Source: Octopus vulgaris
Lineage: Eukaryota
NCBI GenBank assembly: GCA_951406725.2
Contig: OX597825.1
Span: 54,870,001-54,934,000 of the forward strand
Reading direction: 5' to 3'
Length of the DNA: 64,000 nucleotides
The stretch's first letter is position 1. Each line of letters begins with the position of its first letter. Of the stretch, positions 12,741 to 24,944 are shown in pieces. The position numbers were made by a program, and so were the translations under genes. The notes under the pieces are model-generated. The model was not told the origin of the DNA and made no database searches. It was given only the letters and a program-made list of their open reading frames with translations.

Positions 12741-13276
12741 GGATTATTTACATTATTTACAATTGACAGATATTTGTCCTCTTCTTGTTTGTTGTTAACA
12801 CAATGTTTCAGCTGATATACTCTCCAGCCTCCATCAGGTGTCTTGGAGAAATTTTGAACATGGGTTCTCATTCCTAAGGTATTTTTCGATGTTGTTGTTA
12901 TTATTATTATTATTATTATTCAGGCCACTGCCATGAATCAAAATCAGAATCTTGAGGTTAGTAGCCCGCGCTCTTAACCACTATGCCATATGCCCACGGG
13001 CATAGGGTGTAGTGTTTAAGTGTGCAGGTTACTAACCCCAAGATTCTTATTTTGATTCATGGCAGTGACCTGAATAATAATAATAATAATAATAATAACA
13101 ACAACATCGAAAAATACCTTAGGAATGAGAACCCAGGTTCGAAATTTCCCCAAGACACCTGATGAAGGCTGGAGAGTATATCAGCTGAAACATTGTGTTA
13201 ACAACAAACAAGAAGAGGACAAATATCTGTCAATTGTAAATAATGTACATAATCCCTCATCTCTTAAATATAGAAC
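12741..13276. mobile_element. Palindromic element: two head-to-head copies of [tRNA-like head, (AAT)n, hammerhead-containing tail] with a 10-bp TSD
   Basis: Arms 12741-12995 and 12998-13255 are reverse complements around a 2-bp centre; direct repeat TGTCTTCTGA at 12731-12740 and 13277-13286. Confidence 0.88.
13154..13199 (+). ncRNA. Minimal type I hammerhead ribozyme motif (Penelope-type)
   Basis: Stem I gacac, CTGATGA, a, stem II ggctg[gagagtatat]cagct, GAAA, ca, TT, stem I' gtgtt. Stem III is essentially absent, as in PLE minimal hammerheads. The mirror copy on the minus strand at 12797-12842 has core CTGATGG. Confidence 0.72.
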
Positions 13277-15494
13277 TGTCTTCTGAAGACTCTTATAGCA
13301 TATACGGCATTGACAGGAATGCACATACAGATAAGTAAAGTAGTTGGTGGAAGTTCGTTTTTCATGGGTATTTATGTGTGTTTTGATTTTTATAGTAAGC
13401 AGAAGTATACATTTATTTCAGATAATATTATCATTTAGTTTCACACACAAATTAGACAATTTGGTGTTTACCTAAGACTTCACTATTCGGAGATGCCAGC
13501 ATTGAAACTAAAGTGACAGTTTTCTGCTACTTGAAATCAGCAAGTGTCATCCGTCTTATGGTGCTGGATTTTAAAAAATGGAAGAAACCTGTGGGAAATG
13601 TTTAGGAGATTCCATCAAGTTTTATGTCCTTTGTTCAAAACTATACTGAGAGATAACTGCCAGCAAAGAGGGGTTTGAGTGTAAGTAGGGTGGTGTTGAT
13701 TTGTGTACACCAGGAACTGAAAGTGGGGATGAGGTGGGCACCCAGTCTTAAACCTATGTGTACATGTATATGTGTATACGTGTTTAAAGCTAGGTGTGGT
13801 CAACACTATGCTAAACTCTCAGGCTGCAGTGACTGAACACATATGGTTCTGCAAAATAGTTAATAGACATACTTTGAGAATATCTTTTAGATGTGCACTG
13901 AGTATAAAGAAAATATTTGTAGGCAGGCTGATTCCTGAGATACAGCCAGGGTGTGCATGCAGTGGCAACTCCATATGGCACCATAACAGCCAATGAAACA
14001 CGGAGGCCATTGCATATGAGGCTCAGGTGATGTATAGAAAAATATATGGAAGTATAAAGGCACAATAGAAAGTCCTTTCATGACTGGTTTTACCAAACAC
14101 AAGCCCTTTATTATTCAGGAGTGGTGTAATATCACAGCCTTGGCTAGGCATGTATGGTAGTTGACGGAAAGCACCATGGATTACAGGTGATGAGTGCTGG
14201 AGAGGTGTAAGCCTTACTTCAATAATAGTAGCAGGTATAGTCTATGCCTGGCTAAGAAAAGAACTCCCTTCACTTGGGTCTTCTAACTTAATTGTGAAAG
14301 TGAGGTTTTCTGCTCATGTCCACATGAAAGAAAATATGTTAGTGATAATCTATGAACTCCATCATGATTATGAACTTTAGAACCTCCACCATCAGTACTA
14401 GCTAGCAGCATAGCCTGAAAGTTCAGCACAGCTTGACTACACCTAATCTTACACATAAACATCTGCAACCAAACATGGATTTAAGACTGGATACCTACCC
14501 CATCTCCCTTCCAAATCTCCCTCTTGTATACATATCAACCCTACACTACTCACATCCAAACCCCACTCTGCAGGGAGTTACCCCTCACTCAGGTTATTTT
14601 CGGTAAGTGAAAAATCTCTTAACAGAATCCCCTCTGAACTACTCCCACAGCTTCATTTTGCTTTTATCACAGTGTCCACAAACTGGATGTGATATTTGTT
14701 GACTTTCAGTAGTGAAGAGTGGCCACCATATTTTCCATACAGGACACTTTGATAAGTGCAGTCTTTGGTAGTCACCTAATAACCTAATCAGTGTGTGAAA
14801 TCAATTGATAAGACTGATGTAACTGAAATATTGTATACTAAAAAGATTAATGCAATGTTATTACTACTTCAAATATGCTAAAAGCACATTCAGACCTGTA
14901 AACAAGCCATTCACCATATTTTGTCATAGAGACAATCTCTCACTGTAGATACAGGGTGTAAATATACCCAAATGAACTCACAGCACTGCCTACCCAAACT
15001 GTGAAATGCAAGCATTTTGGAGTAGTTATCTCATCTTCAGTTACAGAAACTGGATGGTGGCACTGCAAGCTGATAAGAGGGATGATCTCTCTTATGTTTT
15101 TTCCAGTCAACATTCGTTGGCTGGTACCAAATTTGAACTGGTAATAACATTGCATTTATACTTTTCTCTGATTTGTGCTTTCACCCCGTAAAATGATTAA
15201 TATACTGAATCTATTGACAAATATAAAACTGCCTATTCTTTTCTGACTTAGAAATTCTTAGACTATTCTATATCTATCTAACGATCTCTCTCTCTATATA
15301 TATATATATATTTATTGTATATATATGTATATATATGTACGTATATATATATGTATATATATGTATGTATAAATATATATATATATATATGTATGTATAA
15401 ATATATATTGTTTATATATATTTATATATATATTTATTGGCTAAACTGGCAAAATGACCATTCCGAAATATAACAATATATATATATATATATA

Positions 15495-15730
15495 CATTAA
15501 AAGCACCAACCGATCGTGGCCGATGCCAGACACCCCCTGGCACCTGTGCAGGTGGCACGTAAAAAGCACCCACTACACTCGCGGTGTGGTTGGCGTTAGG
15601 AAGGGCATCCAGCTGTAGAAACACTGCCAGATCAGACTGGAGCCTGGTGCTGCTCCTGGCTTCCCAGACCCCGGTCGAACCGTCCAACCCGTGCTAGCGC
15701 GGAAAACGGACGTTAAACGATGATGATGAT
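15495..15730 (+). mobile_element. RTE LINE 3' UTR fragment, young (CpG-intact)
   Basis: Near-identical reverse complement of 2695-2925; ends ggacgttaaacgatgatgatgat. Confidence 0.9.
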
Positions 15731-15805
15731 ATATATATATATACATATATATATAGCGGCATGCATACAGTTTGGTGTCCTAGGGATCTATCTATATATG
15801 TATAA

Positions 15806-15858
<53 letters not shown>

Positions 15859-15921
15859 CATATATATACATATATATTTATACATATATATATATACATA
15901 TATATACATACATATATATAC

Positions 15922-16008
<87 letters not shown>

Positions 16009-16011
<3 letters not shown>

Positions 16012-16760
16012 TCATCATCATCATCATCATCATTTAGCATGGAAAACATGACACTAGCATGATGATATATCATACTGGGGTACATATGGATCTATACATC
16101 ACTATACCCATACCAGTCAGATCTGGCAGTGTTTCTACAGCTGGATGCCTTCCTAACGCCAACCTTGCATTGTTGTAGTGGGTGATTTGATTGCTATCCT
16201 GACACAGGGCTAGACGAGGCTGGTAAATGGCCACGCTCGGATGGTGTTTTTATGTGCCACCGACACAGGTACCTGACGAGGTTGGCAGACGGCCACGCAA
16301 TCGGATGGTGTTTTGCTCAAGAACACAATGCCAGATGAGGCTGGCGGAACTGAAACGGATGGTCTTACAATTGTCCCCAAACACGGAGGCCAGTCCTAAC
16401 CACCTACGGCCACACGGATATTTTCTTGTGTGCCACACACACATGAATTATACAAAGTTTTCATCAATTAATGTTCATGTATTTTGATTGTTTTGATTTG
16501 ATTTGATTTGATTTTACTACTCAAAAATCTCACAAGTTTGAACTGCAACTGAAAATATGCACTGAAAATCCCTGTCAAAGGAGATGGAAATGGTCTTGCC
16601 GGGTCTTTTGTGCTTGAGTGAGCGGATATAGATTAAAGTGAGATGAGGATGGCGAACGGCCACGATAAGCATGGTGTTTGTTGCGTGCCCACAGCACGGA
16701 GGCCAGTCGATGCGGTACTGGCTACGGCCACGTTCGGATGGTTTTCTTGTGTGCACCGGC
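16009..16760 (-). mobile_element. RTE 3' UTR copy interleaved with flanking unique sequence (mosaic)
   Basis: RTE tail blocks (cagtcagatctggcagtgtttctacagctggatgcc, gccacgctcggatggtg) alternate with blocks duplicated ~640-700 bp downstream. Confidence 0.7.
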
Positions 16761-17344
16761 AATAGTTATGATAAAAAGATAGTCTCTTACAGCTGTTTCT
16801 AAAATAACCTAGCATGTGGATTATGATACCAGTAAGAATTCCATATGAAAATATAGATACTATCAGATATGGGTATACAGAACATCCCCATATGCATTGT
16901 TGTAGTTTTGAAATGATTCTTCATCCTGCAGGCTACACGGGGTGGTAAATGTTCACTATCCTCAATTGGGGATATTCTTCATTTCTATATTCCCCGACTT
17001 TTCTCTCTCAGATGACACAATATTTAAGTTATGGAATCCTTACTCAATATCACAATGCATGACTGATGTGGGAACTGAAACCATGGTCTTACAATTGTGA
17101 ACACAACATCCTAACCACCTACACACATATATACACACACACACACATGAATTATACAAGGAGTTTTCATCAATTAATGTAATGTATTATGTATGTGCTA
17201 TGAGTGCTGAGTTTGGTTTACTACTAAAAATCTAGTTTGAACTGCAACTGAAAATGTGCCGCTGAAAATCCCTGTCAAAGGAGATTAGAAATGGTTTGTG
17301 CTTGAGTGAGCGGATATAGATTAAAGTAGAAAATGAATAAGCAA

Positions 17345-17810
17345 AACATTTGGTGTCACTAAAAAGCATTTAATTTAAATAGAGAATATAAACATTGTGC
17401 AGAATAGTTATGATAAAAAGATAGTCTTACAGCTGTTTTAAAATAACCTAGCATGGATTATGATACCAGTAAGAATTCCATATGAAAATATAGAAAATCA
17501 CAGAACTTGTAGATCACACCAAAGAACAGCATGACTAGTCTCACATGGTGTTTTGATCTTTCCTTCATCTCTTGATGAACTGGAAAGCACTATCCTCAAT
17601 TGGGGATATTCTTCATTTCTATATTCCCCGACTTTTCTCTCTCAGATGACACAATATTTAAGTTCATAGTGATCATTCAAACAAATAAGCTCACATATGC
17701 TTGCCTATTCTAGTAACAGTTGTAAGAGACTATCTTTTTATCATAACTAATCTGTGTTATGCTTATATTCCCTATTGAAATTAAATGTTTTTCTAGTGAC
17801 GCAAAATTTT
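17345..17810. mobile_element. MITE-like element with ~100-bp imperfect inverted repeats
   Basis: gtcactaaaaagcatttaattt...tagttatgataaaaagatagtcttacagctgtt at 17354-17437 is the reverse complement of aacagttgtaagagactatctttttatcataacta...aaattaaatgtttttctagtgac at 17715-17800. Confidence 0.55.
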
Positions 17811-18999
17811 CTGTTTATTATCTAATCTGTTTTGTTCATATATATTTATTTCACATATAAAATACTTCATTTATTTTCAGCTATAAAATAATAATTCGTG
17901 TGGGTGAGTGTGTGTGTGTGTGCATGCACGCGTGCACGTATGTGTGTGTGCATGCAAATATGGTTATAGGATTTCTTCTTTATCTACTGAAACTGATGGA
18001 CTATGTCACCTAACAAACCAAACTGAAGAGTATTACGGAGATGGCTAATTCATAAAAAGATTTACAAGTGTGTGTTTAACAATTATATATTTCGCCTTTC
18101 TCTATGAATATACATTATGTTTAAATCACAGAACTTGTAGATCACACCAAAGAACAGCATGACTAGTCTCACATGGTTTTTGCCAACTCACTAGAGGAGC
18201 TTAATCTCAGTTTTCAACAGAGAAATAAAAAGTAGCTTGCAAATACTTATTAAAACTCCAAGGATGTTTTGGCAACTCTGTAGAAGCCCATTTTATATAT
18301 GTGTGAGTTCATAGTGATCATTCAAACAAATAAGCTCACAAGACTTAAAGTGTCTATTTTAGTGACTATTCTAGAACTGAACAGGCACATCTGATGAATG
18401 CAGGCAAATGAAACTTACATGAAACTTTTATTATCTAATCTGTTTTGTTCATATATATTTATTTCACATATAAAATACTTCATTTATTTTCAGCTATAAA
18501 ATAATAATTCGTGTGGGTGAGTGTGTGTGTGTGTGCATGCACGCGTGCACGTATGTGTGTGTGCATGCATATGTGTGTGTGAGTGTGTATTTTGCTGATG
18601 TGTATCTTTGAGAAAATTATAAACACTGAACAAAGCCCTTTGTTATATTTGTTCTGCATTGAGTTACAACCACTCCTCTGTCACCATCACTTTCACAAAT
18701 ACACTGAACCTACATCTAATGATGCTATTGGTTACCAATTACAAAATAAAATAAAATAAACAAAAAATATGGATAGAAATTATTTTAATTGATGATAACC
18801 CACCCCAAATAAATAAAAACCTTATCCACCTTCTGAGAGGTGTATTGCTTGGCAAAAACCATTTATCACATGCTCATAGAGTGTCTGTGTAGTAATGATT
18901 TTTGAAACTAGTGTTACCATAAGTCTATGATGAAGATCAAATCACTACCTTCCTTTGACAGGTAAAACAATGTAGTTTTCTTCTGTATCTTTCACTGTT

Positions 19000-19384
19000 T
19001 GTTTTGTTTCCGTCATTAGTCTGCAGCCACGCTGGGGTACTGCTTTGAAGGGTTTAGCAGAAAAAAATCAACCCCAGTACTTAATTTTTCCTTCCTAAGC
19101 CTGGTACTATTATATCAATCTTTATTTGCCAAACTACTAAGATACAAGAATATAAGCAAACAAACACTGGTTAGGGGACAAACAAAAAATCACACACACA
19201 CATGTATGCACATACACACACAATGGGATTCTTTCAGTTTTCATCAATGAAATCCACTCAGAAGGTTTTGGTCAGGCCAAGGCTATAATAGAAAACATTT
19301 GTTTCAGGTTGCACACAGTAGGACTGAACCCAGAACCATGTGGCTGGGAAGTAAACTTCTTACCACACAACCATGCCTGCACTT
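19000..19384 (-). mobile_element. Degenerate family B CORE-SINE
   Basis: Reverse-strand head cttcttaccacacaaccatgcctgcac, ggactgaacccagaaccatgtgg and family B tail motifs. Confidence 0.8.
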
Positions 19385-19644
19385 ATGAATCCATCTCAGT
19401 ATAGTTGGTGACTATGGTGAAAAGAATAAATAGCATTATGGACAGTGCTGAAAGACTTGAAAATAAAGCTTTTTCAATCTCAAGCCAAGCTTTCCTCAAT
19501 TCCGATGAAATCAATTTTGCCTTTCATCCTTCCAGTTTCGATCAAATTGGTAGCAGTTGAGCACTGGGATTGATGTACTCTATTAACTCCCACCTCCAAA
19601 ATTTCAAGCTTTGTGTCTAAAGTAGAAAGGATTCTTATTATTCT

Positions 19645-19860
19645 GTGGTGAGATGGCAGAATCATTAGCATGCTGGATGAAATGCTTTGTGGTATTTCAC
19701 CTGTTGCTATGTTCTAAGTTTAAATTCCGCTGAGGTTGACATTGCCTTTCATCTTTTCGGGGTTAATAAATTAAGTACCAGTGAATCACTGGGGTCAATG
19801 TAATCGATTAGTCCCAATCCCTCAAATTTCAGGCCTTGTGCCTTTAGTAGAATGGATCAT
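19645..19860 (+). mobile_element. Family A SINE (preceded by a partial copy at ~19480-19640)
   Basis: gtggtgagatggcagaatcattagc...gcctttcatcttttcggggttaataaattaagtacc...tttcaggccttgtgcc. Confidence 0.85.
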
Positions 19861-20171
19861 TTTTGTCATTATTGTTATTATTATTATAGTAGTTGTAGTA
19901 TGGCTGAATCGTTAAGAAGTTTGCTATGAAACATGATGTTCCAGGTTCAACTCCATTGCAAAGCATCTTGGGTTACAGATATTGCTTATAGCTATGGGTT
20001 AACCCATAACTTGTGAGTGAATCTAGGAAGATAGAAACTGAACAGAAGCCTGTGAAATACTCAACCATTTACAAAGTAATTCAGAAGCAGGTAATTCAGT
20101 TGACTGAACAATTGAAACCTCATTATAAATTGAAGGAGATCCAGAACTGCTATTATCATTATTATTATTAT

Positions 20172-20728
20172 TGAGTGAGAGAGCAGTGCATGCTATCAAA
20201 GTGATACTGGGGTAAAATATACGAATCCTAGTATATCCATCATGACTACCCATCTGATAAGAGTATACCAGGCACATGCATCACAACCATATGTGTGTGA
20301 CATGGTGATCTCATATCAAGATAAACAGCACAAGAACTTGGTGGTGGGGTCCAGTTAGAATTTTCTTCTGGTCAAGTAGCCCCTCCTGCTCAAAAGGTCC
20401 CTGAATAAAGATTGCTTAAGGATATTGAACAAACCACCCATGTTTCCAAAGGTGAATTATCCAAACCCCAAAGAGTTTCTCTCAACAAGGGGCTATGATG
20501 CTTCCCCACTACTTCTGCTCATAATCAGAGATGCACATATCGTTAGCCACTAAGGGACATGCTCAAATGGTTAAGGTCAAACAACTGACAAGCAAATCTG
20601 TGGTATTGAGCAGAATATTTGCTGTAGCCCATCTTTTATACCAAGACAAAACAATGTACATGATAACACTTCCAATCAGTTAAGATCAGAAGCCATGAGA
20701 GCCACTATCTGGTACTGCATCAGGGCAT
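20172..20728 (-). mobile_element. ~550-bp non-coding element inserted in (TAA)n, copy 1
   Basis: Reverse complement of 31073-31612 with the same ends; (ATT)n on both flanks. Confidence 0.88.
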
Positions 20729-21009
20729 TTATTATTATTATTATTATTATTGTTATCATTACTATTATTATTACTATTATAATTATTATCATCCTTCTTC
20801 TCATCATTTCAATAGCATTACTTCTGTGTTGCCTGTTTTTACTGCACAACCATATGCAACTCCGTGTTCAGGTATGTGCAGTGTTTTGCTTGTCTGTATT
20901 TCTAATGCATTGAAAGAAAGAGCTGCACAATGACTCAGCACTAAGAGAAAACAAAGAAACAATCATCAATTTTACAATACTGCCATTACTGTTGAAAGAC
21001 TCTACTGCC

Positions 21010-21045
21010 ATGATGCAACGGTACTTTAGAAAATATAGATGCAAG
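21010..21045 (+). CDS. Putative first coding segment (MMQRYFRKYRCK) of a host gene, in candidate exon 20816-21045
   Basis: Pyrimidine tract and AG at 20815; gccATG context at 21010 with an in-frame stop upstream; consensus donor AAG|GTGAGT at 21045/21046; non-repetitive sequence. No downstream exon identified. Confidence 0.4.
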
Positions 21046-21377
21046 GTGAGTAGAGTACAAAATACAGAATATATTATTATGGAATGTTTTATTGCATAGC
21101 AAATACTGAATAGATGTATATTTTCTATTTGCTATTAGTAACAGACTGTCACAAATTTGAGTGACAAAATAATTTCACTTTTTAGCTACAGTTCCTATTT
21201 GTATATGGATACAATAGAGACTTGAAAACCAGCTAGGTTTTGCACGATCAAAGGATAAAAATCTCAGACTCCTTCTCTGCTCAGTTGGTTTTCAAGTACT
21301 ATGCGGACTCATATATCTATCTATCTATCTATCTATTTATCTATCTATCTATCTCTCTCTCTCTCTCTCTATATATC

Positions 21378-21408
<31 letters not shown>

Positions 21409-22048
21409 TGTGAGTGTGTGGTTGTAATTAGAGAGAGAAGTGAAGTACCTACAATCAGGAATTACCTAACAACTAAGTTGTGTGAGTCGCTTTGATAATG
21501 CGATGTTGTTAAGTAATACTTCATCATGAAAGTGCCATGACAAGACACAGATAGGCTTCAAGACAAATGATAGACGTGTATTTATAGAACTGTAAATAAT
21601 GGTTAATTATTAAGTTGCTGTTGATACAAGAACCTTGTTCTGTCAGCCTGAACACAGATTTCATGGTTGTTTTTATATATATATATTTTTTTTATTTTTG
21701 GTAATAATATACTGTCTCTGGTTTTGTAATATAATGATTATAATGAGGTAACTTTGCCTTCTGATGACAACCATAGCAGTGCAAAAGCCTTAATGTGGTT
21801 GCTCAAAATAGCAACCAGGTTATAACTTAGCCTCTTGGTAAAGAAAAATAAAAGAGAATGTAAGGACACATTGAATAATGTAGATACAGATATACCAAAA
21901 TATGGGTTAGTCATGACTAGAACTGCTTCGATCATGGGTTTGCTCAATCATGACTAACTCAGCACTAAAAGCAACAACAACAACAAAACTAACATTATAA
22001 CATGTTTACAATGCTGGAATAGTTTTTGATTTAGTAAGAAATTTAGGT

Positions 22049-22291
22049 TAGTGGTTTTCAACTAGGATCCATATGACCATTGGGGGTCAACATAATATAT
22101 TCATCTGCAATATATTAGTTACACTTCTACTATACACAAAATATTTGAACAAATTTTCTTGTACAATTCTTAATAATGTTTAATTATTAAAATATTAAGG
22201 GATTTTTTTTAGCATTGAATCATTAGGTGAACCCATCTGAATAAAATAGGAATCAAAGGGGTCCATAGGTAAAAATAGTTGAAAAACACTG
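22049..22291. mobile_element. hAT (Charlie-like) MITE
   Basis: TIRs tagtggttttcaac / gttgaaaaacactg; 8-bp TSD atttaggt / atttagat; related to 39035-39589 in the opposite orientation. Confidence 0.8.
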
Positions 22292-22559
22292 ATTTAGATG
22301 AAATGCATAAATGAACTGTTCCTAAAATGGTTGAGAACTGCTTTAATACTGGCCACACTTCCCTATCAGTTGTCAGGTTGAAAGCAGAATGTAGAAAGAC
22401 GTGATTCCTCTGAGTGATCTTGGAGTACAGTAGTTCAGAATAAAGACTGACTTAATCTGTGATGGTCTATCCCTCCAACCCAAGCCAACGAGGAAAGTGA
22501 ACATAAAGCAATGATGATGATAATGATAATAATATAAACCCCACCCCACACACTTTACA

Positions 22560-23165
22560 TAATCTGTGCTACCACTTATCACCTCTCTGACTGACTTCTA
22601 CTACCTCTACTTTCCTCTCCAACTGATATTCATGAATGACTAAGCCTTCAGCCATGTTCACCTCTCAATACCTTCCCTTCTGCTCACCTGACACTGTCTT
22701 CCCACACTCCAGTGAACTAACTTACCTACACACTCACCCTGTCCAATCTTCTGTATCACTTCCCTTACATACATCTTCCTGTAACTTGGGTGTATGCCCT
22801 GACACATCTTCACTGCTGTCTTTCCATAATTTCTCTTTCTCAACAGGGATAACAACATATCACCCCTACTGCAAAACACCTGTACCTGTCTCTCTCTCAT
22901 ACTTTGACATCCCATCACCCGGCATAAAGTCACCTCCCACAATATTACACCCAACTCATTTGAGGGAACTTGTCTTACAAATTAATTGGTGACTTCAGCC
23001 AATATACTCAGTAAAAATGATTGGCATTAGGAAGAGCCTCCAACCATAGTAACCAAGCCAGATCAGGAATCAGAGCTTGATACAATTCTCTAGCTCCTAT
23101 CAAACTGTCCAACCCATGTCTATATGGAAAATGGAAGTTAAATGATGATGACAATGATAATGATG
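22560..23165 (+). mobile_element. Degenerate repeat with pyrimidine-rich body and RTE-type tail
   Basis: Ends ttggcattaggaagagc...aacccatgtctatatggaaaatggaagttaaatgatgatg; a similar minus-strand copy lies at ~39935-40860. Confidence 0.55.
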
Positions 23166-23839
23166 GTATGTGTGTGTAATGGATAAGAAGACATCATTAA
23201 ATTGGGAGAATGCATACACACTGTGTTCATTTAAGACCAAGCACTACCTTCTTTTCCTTCTAAATCATATTTACTTAACATCTTTATAAATGTTTTGATG
23301 CCATATGTAACTGCTTGTTCACCTTTTATCTTTATATATATATATATATATATATATGATTAAATAACTTACACTGAGAATAAAAATATTTCTTTAGACA
23401 AATCATTTACTAAAGAGCTCAATAAAAAATAAATGTAAAACATCAAGTTGAGAGTAATAATAAAATGATGTATATAAACACAGTAAATATGAAGAGACCC
23501 ATGAAAAAGATATCAAACTATGTATATTGAGCTAATCACACAAACATATTTCATACCATCTCTGGCTGTGAATGTGTCTAGTAAAATATATAGGCACAAG
23601 GTAGCCATATCAATGGAATACTAATAAAAGTAGTAAATGAACTGTACTGTTTTTATACAGCTCAGTTTTTAAACTGAAAATATGTAGACAGGATTGAAAA
23701 AACTAAAACCACAAATAAGTTTTAGATATATGTATATAATTTTTTTATAATTGTGACTCTCTTTGTTCAGTCCCACTGTCAAGTACCTTGGACAAGAGAC
23801 TTCTACTATACCTGCAAGTCAACCAAAGCCTTTTGAGTG

Positions 23840-23880
<41 letters not shown>

Positions 23881-24001
23881 TGTATGGTATTGCTGATTGG
23901 ATAAGGTAGTTGTGTGGAACAGTAGTTCGCACCATTCTCTTCTGCTTAGTGATCACTAATGTGGGTACATGCCTCTTGACACAACAAGGCTTGATGTGCA
24001 T

Positions 24002-24650
24002 AGGTGCAAGCATGGCTGTGAGGTAAAAAGTTTGGTTCCTAACTACACGGTTCAGTCCCATTGTGTGGCACCTTGGGCAAGTGTCTTTTACTATAACATT
24101 GGGCCAACCATCGCCTTGTAAGTGGGTTTGGTAGATAGAAACCGAAAAAAAAACCTATCATTCAAACACACACACACTATATATATATATATATATATAT
24201 ATATTTCTTTACTACCCACAAGGGGCTAAACACAGAGAGGACAAACAAATGGATTAAGTCGATTATATCAACCTCAGTGCGTAACTGGTACTTATTTAAT
24301 CGACCCCGAAAGGATGAAAGGTAAAGCCGACCTCGGCGGAATTTGAACTCACAACATAGCGGCAGACGAAATATGGCTACGCATTTTGCCCAGCGTGCTA
24401 ACGTCTCTACCAGCTCGCAACCTTTATATATATATATATATATATATATATCTGTATTTTTGTGTGTGTTTGTCCCCATCACTGCTTGACAACTGCTGTT
24501 GGTCTGTTTACATCTCTGTAACTTAGTGGTTTGGCAAAAAGAGACTGACAGAATAAGCACCAGGCTTAACAAAAATAAGTACTGGGGTCGATTCAACTAC
24601 CAAAATTTTTGAAAGCAGTGCTCCAGCATGAAATGAGTAAAAGATATATG
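24002..24650 (+). mobile_element. Family B CORE-SINE interrupted by a family A SINE
   Basis: Head at 24002, CORE-like gtggcaccttgggcaagtgtc, tail at 24455-24650. Confidence 0.85.
24202..24424 (-). mobile_element. Family A SINE, subfamily A2 (young)
   Basis: Full head to tail with CpGs intact; tail ...tttagccccttgtgggtagtaaagaaata; sits in the (TA)n of the host SINE. Confidence 0.9.
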
Positions 24651-24697
24651 TAAGAGTCTGTGTGTGTGTGCGCCTGTGTGTGCGTATGCATGTATGT

Positions 24698-24905
24698 TTA
24701 CTCTTTTACTCGTTCTAGTCATTTGACTGCTGCCATGCTGGAGCACCACCTTTAGTCAAACAAATTGACCCCAGGACTTATTCTTTGTAAGCCTAGTACT
24801 TAGTCTGTTGGTCTCATTTGCTGAACCACTAAGTTACATGAACATAAACACACCAAGATCAGTTGTCAAGCGATGGTAGAAGGACAAACACAGACACACA
24901 AATAC

Positions 24906-24944
<39 letters not shown>

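Noticed and set aside
12920-13075. tRNA genes at SINE and palindrome heads
   Set aside because: No complete cloverleaf or acceptor stem, decayed B boxes, and the heads run into repeat bodies.
13560-14900. Non-microsatellite block with several short ORFs
   Set aside because: No consistent frame, splice pattern or TE motif that I can support.
18388-18425. CTGATGA...GAAA hammerhead-like string
   Set aside because: Stems I and II have only about 3 plausible pairs; compatible with chance.
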